The notes under the pieces: generated by a model
Told to the model about the DNA's origin: nothing
Database searches by the model: none
The model's input: only the letters and a program-made list of their open reading frames with translations
Shown here: piece by piece, positions 9,408-18,860 of the stretch
How the letters are laid out: each line of letters starts with the position of its first letter
Position numbering within the stretch: position 1 is the stretch's first letter
Program-made: the position numbers and the translations under genes
Source: Myxococcota bacterium
GTDB lineage: Bacteria; Myxococcota_A; UBA9160; SZUA-336
Reading direction: 5' to 3'
DNA: 64,000 bases
Assembly (NCBI GenBank): GCA_965247115.1
Contig: CBDFGR010000003.1
Span: 832,001-896,000, forward strand

Positions 9408-10043
9408 ATGGACGAGGAGCGAATCGCGCGCTTCAATGCGGCTCAGCGAGAGGCCTTCGACCGCTCCCATCACCTCTTTCTGGTCGATCTCCCGGACGCC
9501 GTGGTCGAGAGGATGGAGCGGATCGTGGCCACGGCGGCGATCCGCCCGGGCGAGGTTGTCCTCGACGTAGGCACGGGGACGGGAGCGCTGATCCCCCAGA
9601 TTCGACGTTACGGGCCGGGCCGGGTCTTCGCGTGCGACCTATCGCCCAGGATGCTGGAGCAGGTGGCACGCCGCTACTCCGAGGTCGAGCGTCATCTGTG
9701 CGACGTGCGCCAGCTCGCGCTTCCGGACGACGCCGTCGACGTCGTGTTCATGAATGGGATGTACGGCAATATCATCGACAAGGAAGGTGCGCTTTCGAAC
9801 CTCGTCCGCATGCTCGCGCCCGGTGGGAGGGTCGTGATCAGTCATCCCGAGGGCCGCGGTTTCGTGGCGCAGCTGGCCCGCGCCGCGCCCTTTCCTATCA
9901 CAGCGCTCCCGTCCGAAGCCGAGGCCCGCTCCTTTCTCGGCTCGTTCGGGCTCACCTTGAGCCGCTACGTCGATGAGGAGAAGCTGTTCATCGCGCTGGC
10001 GCTGCGGGCACCGAACTCTGACGCATCGGCTTTGCGACGATGA
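9408..10043 (+). CDS. Class I SAM-dependent methyltransferase
   Basis: VLDVGTGTG, CDLSPRML, LAPGGRVVISH. Start moved to ATG 9408. Confidence 0.9.
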   Translation: MDEERIARFNAAQREAFDRSHHLFLVDLPDAVVERMERIVATAAIRPGEVVLDVGTGTGALIPQIRRYGPGRVFACDLSPRMLEQVARRYSEVERHLCDVRQLALPDDAVDVVFMNGMYGNIIDKEGALSNLVRMLAPGGRVVISHPEGRGFVAQLARAAPFPITALPSEAEARSFLGSFGLTLSRYVDEEKLFIALALRAPNSDASALRR

Positions 10044-10122
10044 CCTCCTTCGTCTCTCGACTTGATCCGAGCTAGCCTTCACGACATTCTATTGCGCCGG
10101 AGCTCCGGCTCAGGGAGAAATC

Positions 10123-10524
10123 ATGTTTGGTACGTTAGCCACTCAATCGGACCGAATCTTCGACGTTATGCGGATCCTGGTCGGGATCAACTTTGCCACC
10201 CACGGGGCCCAGAAGCTGCTTGGGTGGTTCGGCGGTCTCCCGGAAGGGATTCCCGCGTACATCACCTATGTGGCCGGGCCGATTGAACTGGTCGGCGGAG
10301 CACTGATCGCGATCGGACTGTTCTCGAAACCGACTGCGTTCGTCTGCAGCGGTCTGATGGCCGTGGCGTACTTCCTGGGACACGTGATCCCTGGCGGCTT
10401 CTGGCCGATTCTGAACCAGGGCGAGGTCGCGATCGCCTATTGCTGGATCTTCCTGTACCTGGCTGCGCGCGGCCCAGGCGCCTGGTCAATAGACGGTGCT
10501 CGCGCCGGGACCTCAGAGGCCTAG
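10123..10524 (+). CDS. DoxX family membrane protein
   Basis: HGAQKLLGW, IELVGG, GLMAVAYF, PILNQGE, GPGAWSID. Confidence 0.92.
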   Translation: MFGTLATQSDRIFDVMRILVGINFATHGAQKLLGWFGGLPEGIPAYITYVAGPIELVGGALIAIGLFSKPTAFVCSGLMAVAYFLGHVIPGGFWPILNQGEVAIAYCWIFLYLAARGPGAWSIDGARAGTSEA

Positions 10525-10615
10525 CTGGAATCCTGCTTGCCTCGAGTTCCATTCAACGGAGCTCATGCCCGACTATACTGGTGGTGAGCGGCCCAGCGCC
10601 TATGAGGAGCGGAGA

Positions 10616-11485
10616 ATGGCGAGACCCCGAGATGTTCCCGTAGTCGATTTGATGCTCATGCTCCCGGGAACGGACGGAGGGTTGCGGACGGTGCAGCGCG
10701 TGGCCCGCGACAAGGGCAGTGCCGAGATGACGCATCACCCCGCGCAGTACATGTTCAAGGCTGCGCCACAGCAAGAGAAGGACATCGATCAGGTCGTCGC
10801 GATGATGGATGAGTACGGGGTGGGAACCGCTCTCGTGGGAGTCGATGCCCAGCACCCAGAGAAGAGCCTGGCGCCCTTCGACAAGTACCCGACCCGATTC
10901 ATCGGCGAGGTGAGCGTCGACCCCAACCAGGGTATGGACGCCGTCCGCCAGCTCGAGGCGACGGTAAAGCTACACCCGAATATCGTGGCGGCAGGGGGCG
11001 CGCCGTGTCTTCTGAACCCCCAGGTTCCGATCGACGACAAGCGCTGGTACCCGATCTACGCGAAGTGCATCGAGCTCGACATTCCGATCGGCATGCTGGT
11101 CGGCGTGCCAGGCCCTCGAGTTCCGTTCAAGTGCCAGCACCCCGAGCTCCTCGACGAAGTCGCCTGGTTCTTCCCCGAGCTTCGCGTTGTGATGCGTCAT
11201 GGCGGCGATCCCTTTACGGACCTGTGTTGCAAGCTCCTGCTCAAGTGGCCAAATCTGTACTACTCGACATCGGCCTGGGCCCCGAAGCACTACCCGCGCA
11301 ACATCATCGACTTCGCGAACAAGCGCGGGCCGGACAAGTTCCTCTACGCCGGCTACTACCCCTTCCTGAGCTACGAACGCATCTTCGGCGAGATGGACGA
11401 TCTACCGTTGCGCGACGCGAGCTGGCGCCCCTTCCTGCGCGACAACGCCGTCCGCGTCTACGGCCTCGACCGCATCCTGTCCTAG
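10616..11485 (+). CDS. Amidohydrolase_2 family protein
   Basis: YPIYAKCIELDIP, GVPGPRVP, FPELRVVMRHG, LKWPNLYYSTSAWAPK, FLRDNA. AGGAG RBS before ATG 10616. Confidence 0.9.
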   Translation: MARPRDVPVVDLMLMLPGTDGGLRTVQRVARDKGSAEMTHHPAQYMFKAAPQQEKDIDQVVAMMDEYGVGTALVGVDAQHPEKSLAPFDKYPTRFIGEVSVDPNQGMDAVRQLEATVKLHPNIVAAGGAPCLLNPQVPIDDKRWYPIYAKCIELDIPIGMLVGVPGPRVPFKCQHPELLDEVAWFFPELRVVMRHGGDPFTDLCCKLLLKWPNLYYSTSAWAPKHYPRNIIDFANKRGPDKFLYAGYYPFLSYERIFGEMDDLPLRDASWRPFLRDNAVRVYGLDRILS

Positions 11486-11717
11486 TCGCTCGGAGTGAGA
11501 CATGAAAGTCACGCACCAGGATCTCATCTCCCCCGTCGAACTCGCTCGCAACAACTCGAGCGCCTGCAACAGCTAATCGGATACGAGCCCGGCGGCCGGG
11601 GGCTCGGTATTATCGACGGTCTTAGAAACCCGATGGGACTACTCCAAGAGAAGTATCGCCAAACTTCGAGCGCTCACGAGAGTTCACCGACCGTCTGAAG
11701 CACACGAGGGAGGGCCG

Positions 11718-14084
11718 ATGTCACACGGGTTGCTTTCCGATTTTCGTGTCGTCGAGATCGCGCATCCGCTCACCGAGTACGCGGGGCTCGTGCTCGCGGG
11801 TCTCGGCGCGGACGTGTTCCTGATTGAACCCCCAGGCGGCGCAAGCACTCGAGCACGCGAGCCGCGCGTGCCAGACGCGGGGGACTCCCCCAGGGGCAGC
11901 GTGCCGTTCCTCGCGCGCAACGCGAACAAGAAGAGCGTCGTGATCGACGCGACCAGTTCGGATCATCAACGCTTGCTCGACGGACTGTGTAAGCGCGCAG
12001 ACGCGGTTCTGGACGTGCAACCCTCGCCGTTTCACGAGCTGGTGTCGCGGGCGAACGCAAACACCGTTGTGACCCTGACGGACAAGCGGAAGCTCGGGGT
12101 ATCGTCGATCGTGGGCTTTGCTGCAAGCGGCGGTCTGGCATCGAGCGGTTGGCCCGAGCAACCCCCCTGCAACGCGCCGTCTTGGCTGGCCCTCGATGGC
12201 GCATCGGTCTACGCCGCGACCATGGTGCTGGTGGCCGCCCTCGCACGGCAACGCGGCGCCGGGCAGATGCACTACGAGATACCCTACGAGGAAGCTGCCG
12301 TCGCGGCGATCACACCGTGGACGCGACCGCTCCTGGCGTATGAGATGCAGGCGGCGGGACAAGGTCCGGTGACGATGCGCTTGGGCTCCGGTGGTCTGCC
12401 GATCTTCGAAGCGAGTGATGGCTACGTCCGCGCACTTCCGGTGACGCCCAATCAGTGGCAGGCATTTGTCACGCTCTTGGGCAGCCCCGACGAACTGGTT
12501 ACCGGACCGTGGAGCGATGTCATGTTTCGTCTGGAGAACGCCGACGCCTTGATCATGATGTGCTCGGAGTTCACGCGTTCCCAGACCGTCGAGGCGTTGT
12601 TCCGGGAGGGACAGAAGCTTGGACTTCCCATCACGCCGGTCTATTCGCTCAATTCATTTCGCCAAGACTCGCATGTACGCGGCCGGGAAATTCTGGTCGA
12701 TGTGGTAGATCCCGAATTTGGCGCGATGGAGCTGTTTCGACCGCCAATCAAGGTCGAGCCGGATGAGTGGAACGTCGCCATCGAGCCCTCCCCGGCACTC
12801 GGTGCGCACATGGACGAGGCGCGCGCTGTGCTCACCGAGCCCCAGCCGGATGCGCCGCCCATCGCGGCGGGATTCGACGCCACCAAGCCTCTCGACGGTT
12901 TGCGCATCCTCCAGCTCGGCGTCGGCGCTGTGGTTCCCGAGGCAGCCTCTCTGCTGGCGTTATTTGGTGCCGAAGTGATCAAGGTGGAGTCGATCGTCCG
13001 CGTCGACTTTCTGCGCCAAGTGGGTCTTGCGGGACCCGCGGACGTGAACAACTGTCCAACGTTCAATCAGCTGAATCTCGGCACTACATCCATCGCCGTC
13101 GACATGTCTCAGGAAGATGGCGCCGCTCTCGTACGCAAGCTCGCTGGGACTTGCGACATGGTCATGGAGAACATGCGTGGGGGGATCGTCGAGCGCTGGG
13201 GCCTCGACTACGCGTCGGTGCGCGCCATGCGCGAAGACGTCGTCTATCTGAGCAGTCAGGGTCTCGGGCGGGGCATCTACGACGGCTTCCAGACATACGG
13301 ACCGAATCTGCAGACGTTTTCGGGCGTGACCTCGCAATGGGCGCATCTAGACGACCCCTATGCCGTTGGCACCACCCTCAACCATCCGGATCATATCGCG
13401 GGCAAGCAGGCGCTGGTGCCGCTGTTGGCGGCGCTGTTGCAGCGCGGCTCGAACGGTCACGGTTGTTTCCTGGAAGCTGCGCAGGTCGAGACTGCCGCAT
13501 ACCTGATCGCGGATCGGTACTTGCAGCAACAATTCAGCGATCACGACGTTGCGCCGCTAGGCAATCGTAGTCCGGACATGGCTCCGCACGGATGTTATCC
13601 CTGCGCGGGGGACGATCGGTGGGTTGCTATCGCGGTCGAAAACGACGACCAATGGCTGCAACTCTGTGAAGTCATTGGCGAGAGCTGGGTCCGGGATGCT
13701 GAACTCGGCGACGCCGAGGGTCGCCGAGCGCGGGTCAAGGACATCGATACGCATCTCAGTCGTTGGACGCAGATGCGAGAGGCCGCCGATGTCGAAGGGA
13801 TCTTGAGAGAAGCCGGCGTGCCGGTGTCACGCGTCGTTATCGGCGACGACATTGCATCGGACGAGGAAGGGCATGCATCGGGCTTCTTCGGCGCGGTGTC
13901 GCATCCGACCTCGGGCACTCGTTACTATACGGGAGTGCCCGTGCTGCTCGTCGGCCATGGCCGGCCTGCAACGCTGCGATCGCCGCTGTTGGGCGAGCAC
14001 ACCGAACGGGTGGTGTACAACCACCTCGGATTGACCCCCGCGGAGATGGACGAGTTGACGGCGCGTAAGGTCGTCGGCCACTAA
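11718..14084 (+). CDS. CoA-transferase family III (CaiB/BaiF), two fused domains
   Basis: Two repeats of the LxxxRV/ILxL...LAxxGAxVxxxE...NxxKxS/NxGxxS pattern, ENMRGG, GCYPCAGDDRWVAIAV, PALGAH and PLLGEHT ends. Confidence 0.92.
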   Translation: MSHGLLSDFRVVEIAHPLTEYAGLVLAGLGADVFLIEPPGGASTRAREPRVPDAGDSPRGSVPFLARNANKKSVVIDATSSDHQRLLDGLCKRADAVLDVQPSPFHELVSRANANTVVTLTDKRKLGVSSIVGFAASGGLASSGWPEQPPCNAPSWLALDGASVYAATMVLVAALARQRGAGQMHYEIPYEEAAVAAITPWTRPLLAYEMQAAGQGPVTMRLGSGGLPIFEASDGYVRALPVTPNQWQAFVTLLGSPDELVTGPWSDVMFRLENADALIMMCSEFTRSQTVEALFREGQKLGLPITPVYSLNSFRQDSHVRGREILVDVVDPEFGAMELFRPPIKVEPDEWNVAIEPSPALGAHMDEARAVLTEPQPDAPPIAAGFDATKPLDGLRILQLGVGAVVPEAASLLALFGAEVIKVESIVRVDFLRQVGLAGPADVNNCPTFNQLNLGTTSIAVDMSQEDGAALVRKLAGTCDMVMENMRGGIVERWGLDYASVRAMREDVVYLSSQGLGRGIYDGFQTYGPNLQTFSGVTSQWAHLDDPYAVGTTLNHPDHIAGKQALVPLLAALLQRGSNGHGCFLEAAQVETAAYLIADRYLQQQFSDHDVAPLGNRSPDMAPHGCYPCAGDDRWVAIAVENDDQWLQLCEVIGESWVRDAELGDAEGRRARVKDIDTHLSRWTQMREAADVEGILREAGVPVSRVVIGDDIASDEEGHASGFFGAVSHPTSGTRYYTGVPVLLVGHGRPATLRSPLLGEHTERVVYNHLGLTPAEMDELTARKVVGH

Positions 14085-14144
14085 AGTTCTCCCCTCCCGA
14101 TCGTATTCGCTGTATATTGGCGCGAGAACACCCTGGAGAGCCAC

Positions 14145-14879
14145 ATGACGAAGAATGTGCTTGGGGCACTGTTAGTGATGTCTATTCTCCTTCCTGGCGA
14201 TGCACTCGCGGCGGGCGGCGGGACGTCGGGCGGGCGCGACGACATTCTCTCGGGCGGTATACACGGCGGCGAAGTGGGCGACGGGTCGATCTGGGAGCCC
14301 TCGCACCGGCGTATCAGAACGCCAGCGGAGATCGCGGAGTCCCGCTACAACTCCGGACTGAAGAGGCGCGACAAGGCGTGGACGTACGAGGCCAAGGCCG
14401 CGGATGCGACTTCCGAGAAGAAACGCGGGAAGCTCGAGCGAAAGGCACAGAAGCAGTACAGGAAGGCAGTCAAAGACTTCCGGCGGGCAGTGGAGAAGAA
14501 CCCGATCCTCTACCAGGCCCACAGCAGTTTGGGCTACGCGCTCCGCCGCACCGGGCAGTACGATGCGGCCCTCGAGGCCTATGACGAGGCGCTGCTGCTG
14601 CAGCCTGCATACACGGAGGCTATCGAGTACCGGGCCGAAGCGTACCTCGGTCTGAACCGCCTCGACGAGGTGAAGGCGGCCTACATGCAGCTGTTCAGCC
14701 TGGATCGCGTCCACGCTGACGAGCTGATGCAGGCGATGCAGACCTTCGTGCAGCAGAAACTCACGCCTGACGGATTGGCGCCAGAGGCTCTAGCGGAGTT
14801 CGCCGCCTGGGTCCAGGAACGCCACGAGCTTGCTCAGCAGACCGCGATCCTCTCGGAGGCGAAAGCCAGCCGCTGGTAG
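14145..14879 (+). CDS. Secreted tetratricopeptide-repeat protein
   Basis: Signal peptide (ALA-A); TPR patterns AHSSLGYALRRTGQYDAALEAYDEAL and AIEYRAEAYLGLNRLDEVK. Confidence 0.85.
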   Translation: MTKNVLGALLVMSILLPGDALAAGGGTSGGRDDILSGGIHGGEVGDGSIWEPSHRRIRTPAEIAESRYNSGLKRRDKAWTYEAKAADATSEKKRGKLERKAQKQYRKAVKDFRRAVEKNPILYQAHSSLGYALRRTGQYDAALEAYDEALLLQPAYTEAIEYRAEAYLGLNRLDEVKAAYMQLFSLDRVHADELMQAMQTFVQQKLTPDGLAPEALAEFAAWVQERHELAQQTAILSEAKASRW

Positions 14880-15027
14880 GTTCCGGTGGATTCGAGCAGG
14901 CGTGCGAATCGTATCCCGCGACGCGCTCTTCCCGTCATCGACGATGCTGTGTGGACTACCTCGCGGCCAAAGCAGAATTCCAACTGGTAGAGTCAGGCGT
15001 ACGCTCGGAACAAGGGAAGGAGGACTC

Positions 15028-15867
15028 ATGAGTCGCCCAGCCACTGAGGCAGATCGCCCGCGGGCGTCAATCCCGGAACACTCTGCAACGGATTCGCCAG
15101 AGGAGCTGGCCAGAGCACTCGACGACGCAGGCGCTCTGGTCGTCGCCGACGTGCTGGATCGAAGCGGCCGAGAGCAGCTTCGCGCGGAGCTCGCCCCGCA
15201 CCTGGACGCGGCCACCGTCGCGCCCAGCGACGACCCGTCCGACTTCTACCCCGGACACACCCGTCGAGTCACAGCTCTCGTCGCACGCTCGGAGACGGTC
15301 GGCAAGCTCGTCATGCATCCAACCCCAACGGCGCTCTGCGACCACCACCTGAGTCCCAATTGCGAGCGCTACCAGCTTCACGTCACGGCCGCGCTATCCA
15401 TTGGCCCCGGCGCCCGCTCGCAGATCCTCCACCGCGAGGAAGACGCGTTCCCATTCTTCGCTCTGCCGCGGCCGAACCTGATCCTTGCCACGATGTGGGC
15501 CATCAGCGACTTCACGGCCGAAAACGGTGGGACGCTGCTCGTTCCGGGCAGCCATCGCTGGGACGCAGATCGGAAGCCGGAACCGGACGAGGTTGTTTCC
15601 GCGGAGATGCCGGCGGGCTCGATGCTGATCTGGCTCGGAGGCACGCTTCATGGTGCCGGGGCGAACGTATCGAACGAGTGGCGATCCGGCGTGATCCTCA
15701 CCTACTCGCTCGGCTGGCTCCGCCAGGAAGAGAACCAGTACCTCGACCTCCCGCGGCAGGCCCTGGAGGGCTTGTCGCCGGAGCTGCGCGAGAGGACGGG
15801 CCACAAGATGTGTGGAGGACTCGGCTTCTCCGATCCAAGCATCCGGCAGCCGAGGTCCCGGTCCTAG
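15028..15867 (+). CDS. Phytanoyl-CoA dioxygenase (PhyH) family Fe/2OG oxygenase
   Basis: QILHRE, WAISDFTAENGGTLLVPGSH, TLHGAGAN, LGWLRQEENQYL. AGGAGG RBS before ATG 15028. Confidence 0.92.
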   Translation: MSRPATEADRPRASIPEHSATDSPEELARALDDAGALVVADVLDRSGREQLRAELAPHLDAATVAPSDDPSDFYPGHTRRVTALVARSETVGKLVMHPTPTALCDHHLSPNCERYQLHVTAALSIGPGARSQILHREEDAFPFFALPRPNLILATMWAISDFTAENGGTLLVPGSHRWDADRKPEPDEVVSAEMPAGSMLIWLGGTLHGAGANVSNEWRSGVILTYSLGWLRQEENQYLDLPRQALEGLSPELRERTGHKMCGGLGFSDPSIRQPRSRS

Positions 15868-15919
15868 AACCGAGAGACCTCCCCGGTCTCAGGGAGGACA
15901 GGCGCCGCCTGCTCTTCTA

Positions 15920-17407
15920 CTACGCCGCGAAGAAGCGCGCCACCTTGTCGAAAATCGTGTAACCGGCGAAGCCAATGTACATCGCGGAGGCTATAAGCAT
16001 GAAGCAAATGTTGATCACACCGGGCCGTGCCGACCTGGGCAGATACTTCAAGTTCATATACAACAGCAACGGCACATAGACAGCCATGGCAAAGCCGCCG
16101 ATAAGCGCCGAAATGAAGAGGAAATCCAGTCCGGAGGTGCCATATTTCTCGAAGTACCAGACGCTAGCGGTGCCGATAATCATCGTGCTGCTCACCAGGA
16201 TTAGGTACCACTGCTCAAGTCTGAACCACCGGCCAAACTTGAAGTTCGTGTGAAGCAAATCGGCGAAAATACGGCTCCCGCCATCCACCCCTCCTAGCTG
16301 CGAACTGAACAACGCCGCCATGCCGACAATGAGGAACAGATAGCGACCCTTCACACCCATGCTGTCCTCAAGCATGCCCGCCAGGTCCCATACCAGACTC
16401 CCCTGACTGGGCACCTGGCCAGTCGGGTGCAGCACGGCCAACGCGCCGAAGATGAACAAGAACATGGTGAAACTGCCCAGGAGCCAGAAGAAATAGATCT
16501 GATCGATCTTGACGAACCGCATCCAGTCCTTGAATCGCCGCTGATTCTCCTCCGTATCCGGATACAAATAGCCCGAGTCAATTTCCTTTGTCTCGTGCTT
16601 ATGAGCCACGCTCATGAGAGACGGCATGCGCGCGCCCATGCCGACGCGTTTTTCCCGAAGGTAGTAGGCGTAAAATAAGTTCCCGAGACCGCCCAGTCCG
16701 GCGAACACGACCGCCCCGAAAAATCGGCCGAAGGTCAGCTGATCGCGCACCGTCCCGTCTTCCGCCAGGACATCGACCGGAAAATCGGGGAAGTGGCCCA
16801 CATTCAGCAGGCCTTCCCACATCGCGACGAAGATGTCTTTCGATGCAAGCTCCCAGACGAGATAGACGAGGCCCACCACAATGATCAGAATGAGAAACAT
16901 GATGCAGCGCTCGACGGCGGTATAGACGACCTTCGGACCGAAGAGGATGGCTCCAATGATCATGAAAACGATCGCGGTCCACAGCCACTCGGGGCTCGTA
17001 TTCTCTACCCCGAACAGGAGACCCCGCAGTGCTACCCCAGTTTCTCGAGCCCAGCCCGGGAGAAACTTGCCCACGAAGACCATCGCGACCCACATATAGA
17101 CGATCAACTTGAGGGCGCGAACCATGCCGGTAAACGGACTCTCCCCCGTAACGACGGCCCAGCGCCCGACCTCGATGTTGATCCACAACTGCAAAAAAAT
17201 GCCGATCGCCGCTGCCCATAGCAGTTCGGCGCCAACGATGGACGTGATCCATGGCCACATGATCAACTCGCCCGAACCGATGGCGATACCGGCCATCACG
17301 ATGCCCGGGCCCATCATCTTGAGGACGGGCGTCTCGCGTCTGGGTAGGTCCGCTTCCTTCAGCGGTGGAACCGGTACGGGCAATGCGGCAATCCTTCGGT
17401 CACTCAA
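15920..17407 (-). CDS. Nramp-like / APC-superfamily transporter
   Basis: GPGIVMAGIAIGSGELI, EVGRWAVVTGE, about 11 TM segments; lacks canonical Nramp DPGN and MPH motifs. Confidence 0.8.
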   Translation of the reverse strand: MSDRRIAALPVPVPPLKEADLPRRETPVLKMMGPGIVMAGIAIGSGELIMWPWITSIVGAELLWAAAIGIFLQLWINIEVGRWAVVTGESPFTGMVRALKLIVYMWVAMVFVGKFLPGWARETGVALRGLLFGVENTSPEWLWTAIVFMIIGAILFGPKVVYTAVERCIMFLILIIVVGLVYLVWELASKDIFVAMWEGLLNVGHFPDFPVDVLAEDGTVRDQLTFGRFFGAVVFAGLGGLGNLFYAYYLREKRVGMGARMPSLMSVAHKHETKEIDSGYLYPDTEENQRRFKDWMRFVKIDQIYFFWLLGSFTMFLFIFGALAVLHPTGQVPSQGSLVWDLAGMLEDSMGVKGRYLFLIVGMAALFSSQLGGVDGGSRIFADLLHTNFKFGRWFRLEQWYLILVSSTMIIGTASVWYFEKYGTSGLDFLFISALIGGFAMAVYVPLLLYMNLKYLPRSARPGVINICFMLIASAMYIGFAGYTIFDKVARFFAA

Positions 17408-17515
17408 TCCTATATCATTGCACCGTCACCGGCGCGTCCACGCCACGCACCCTCTCGAAGGACGACCTACAGGATCTTTGATGCCTGATCGAAAATTTGA
17501 CTACGAGGATTTACC

Positions 17516-18586
17516 ATGAACGAGATCGCCCCACTTTTGCCAGGAAGACTCGGTAACCCCAATGAAACACTGGAGACGGATGGCCGAGCGCACCCGAAAA
17601 TCATCGAAGCGGTCGCCGCGGTTGGTGGATTCGGGGAAGGCATAGCCCAGATCGGCCCGAATGCTTCGTACGAGGAATGTCTCGCCTATTGTCTGGCGTT
17701 CGAGCAAGTCTCGGCACAGAAAGACCCAGAGCTTCTCGCGAACCTGCCCGTCCTGGAGTCAGTATCGACGACCAGCGAAGTGATCCCGCGGCCCGATGGG
17801 TACGACATACACCTCTATATCCACAAGCCGAAGCAAAGTGATGGCCCCATACCATGTATTGTTCACACCCATGGCGGTGGCATGGTCCTGATGGGCGCAA
17901 CCGACCCGATGTTCATTCGATTCCGAGACAGCCTTGCGGCCACCGGAATGGTAGTTGTCGGCGTGGAATTTCGAAACGGTGGTGGTCGACTGGGCAATCA
18001 TCCTTATCCTGCTGGGTTGAATGATTGTTCCGCTGCAGCTCAGTGGGTATTCGCGAACAAGGAGCAGTTAGGCATTTCGTCGGTGGTCATCTCCGGCGAG
18101 TCCGGCGGTGGAAACCTCGCAATCGCAACAACACTAAAAGCCAAGCACGAGGGGTGGGTGGACCAGATCGATGGTGTGTATGCCATGTGCCCGTACATAT
18201 CCGGCGCGTACGCGAATCCACCCGCAGAGCTTTTGTCCCTGTACGAGAATGATGGCTATATGATGGACTGCGCAATGATGGCCACACTCGTCAAGGTCTA
18301 CGATCCAACTGGTGCCAACAGCACAAACCCCCTTGCATGGCCTTATCACGCCAAGATCAGCGAACTCGAAGGCCTGCCGCCGCATGTGATATCTGTCAAT
18401 GAATTGGATCCCCTGCGCGACGAGGGCCTTGTCTACTACCGGAAGCTTCTTGCCGCTGGCGTGCCCGCCGTCGGGCGAACGGTACATGGCACGCCTCACG
18501 CCGGAGACCAGGGCTTTCCTGACGTGACGCCAGAGATTTATGACGACACTGTCAGATCAATCTGCGGCTTTGCGAATTCGCTGTAG
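17516..18586 (+). CDS. Alpha/beta hydrolase, hormone-sensitive-lipase family esterase
   Basis: HGGG oxyanion hole, GESGG nucleophile, ELDPLRDEG, GTPH. Confidence 0.95.
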   Translation: MNEIAPLLPGRLGNPNETLETDGRAHPKIIEAVAAVGGFGEGIAQIGPNASYEECLAYCLAFEQVSAQKDPELLANLPVLESVSTTSEVIPRPDGYDIHLYIHKPKQSDGPIPCIVHTHGGGMVLMGATDPMFIRFRDSLAATGMVVVGVEFRNGGGRLGNHPYPAGLNDCSAAAQWVFANKEQLGISSVVISGESGGGNLAIATTLKAKHEGWVDQIDGVYAMCPYISGAYANPPAELLSLYENDGYMMDCAMMATLVKVYDPTGANSTNPLAWPYHAKISELEGLPPHVISVNELDPLRDEGLVYYRKLLAAGVPAVGRTVHGTPHAGDQGFPDVTPEIYDDTVRSICGFANSL

Positions 18587-18625
18587 CCGCTACAAACAAT
18601 TGGCCGACCAAGAGAGAGCAGGATC

Positions 18626-18809
18626 ATGTCCAACAACGATGTCGAATCAAAAACGCGAGAGCTTTACTCTGGAGTTTACGGTCGCGAGCGTCTTCACGTT
18701 CCGGGATGACAGGCTTGTCGACTACTTCGTGATCGCCGGAGCCCTCGAGGCAGCCGCGCAGATGGGTGTGAAGCTGGAGCTGCCAACAACTGAGACGGCC
18801 TCCACGTAG
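18626..18809 (+). pseudogene. Internally deleted, frameshifted SnoaL/NTF2-like gene
   Basis: RBS plus MSNNDVESKTRELY in one frame; LEFTVASVFTFRDDRLVDYFVIAGALEAAAQMG* in another. Confidence 0.5.
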
Positions 18810-18860
18810 ACGCCCCGCGGCCCAGGCCCCGATGCAACGGCGAAGGCGACGTCGCTCGGC

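Noticed and set aside
6579..15867. Run of co-directional unrelated genes as an integron cassette array
   Set aside because: No recurring attC-like RYYYAAC...GTTRRRY hairpins seen and no integron integrase.
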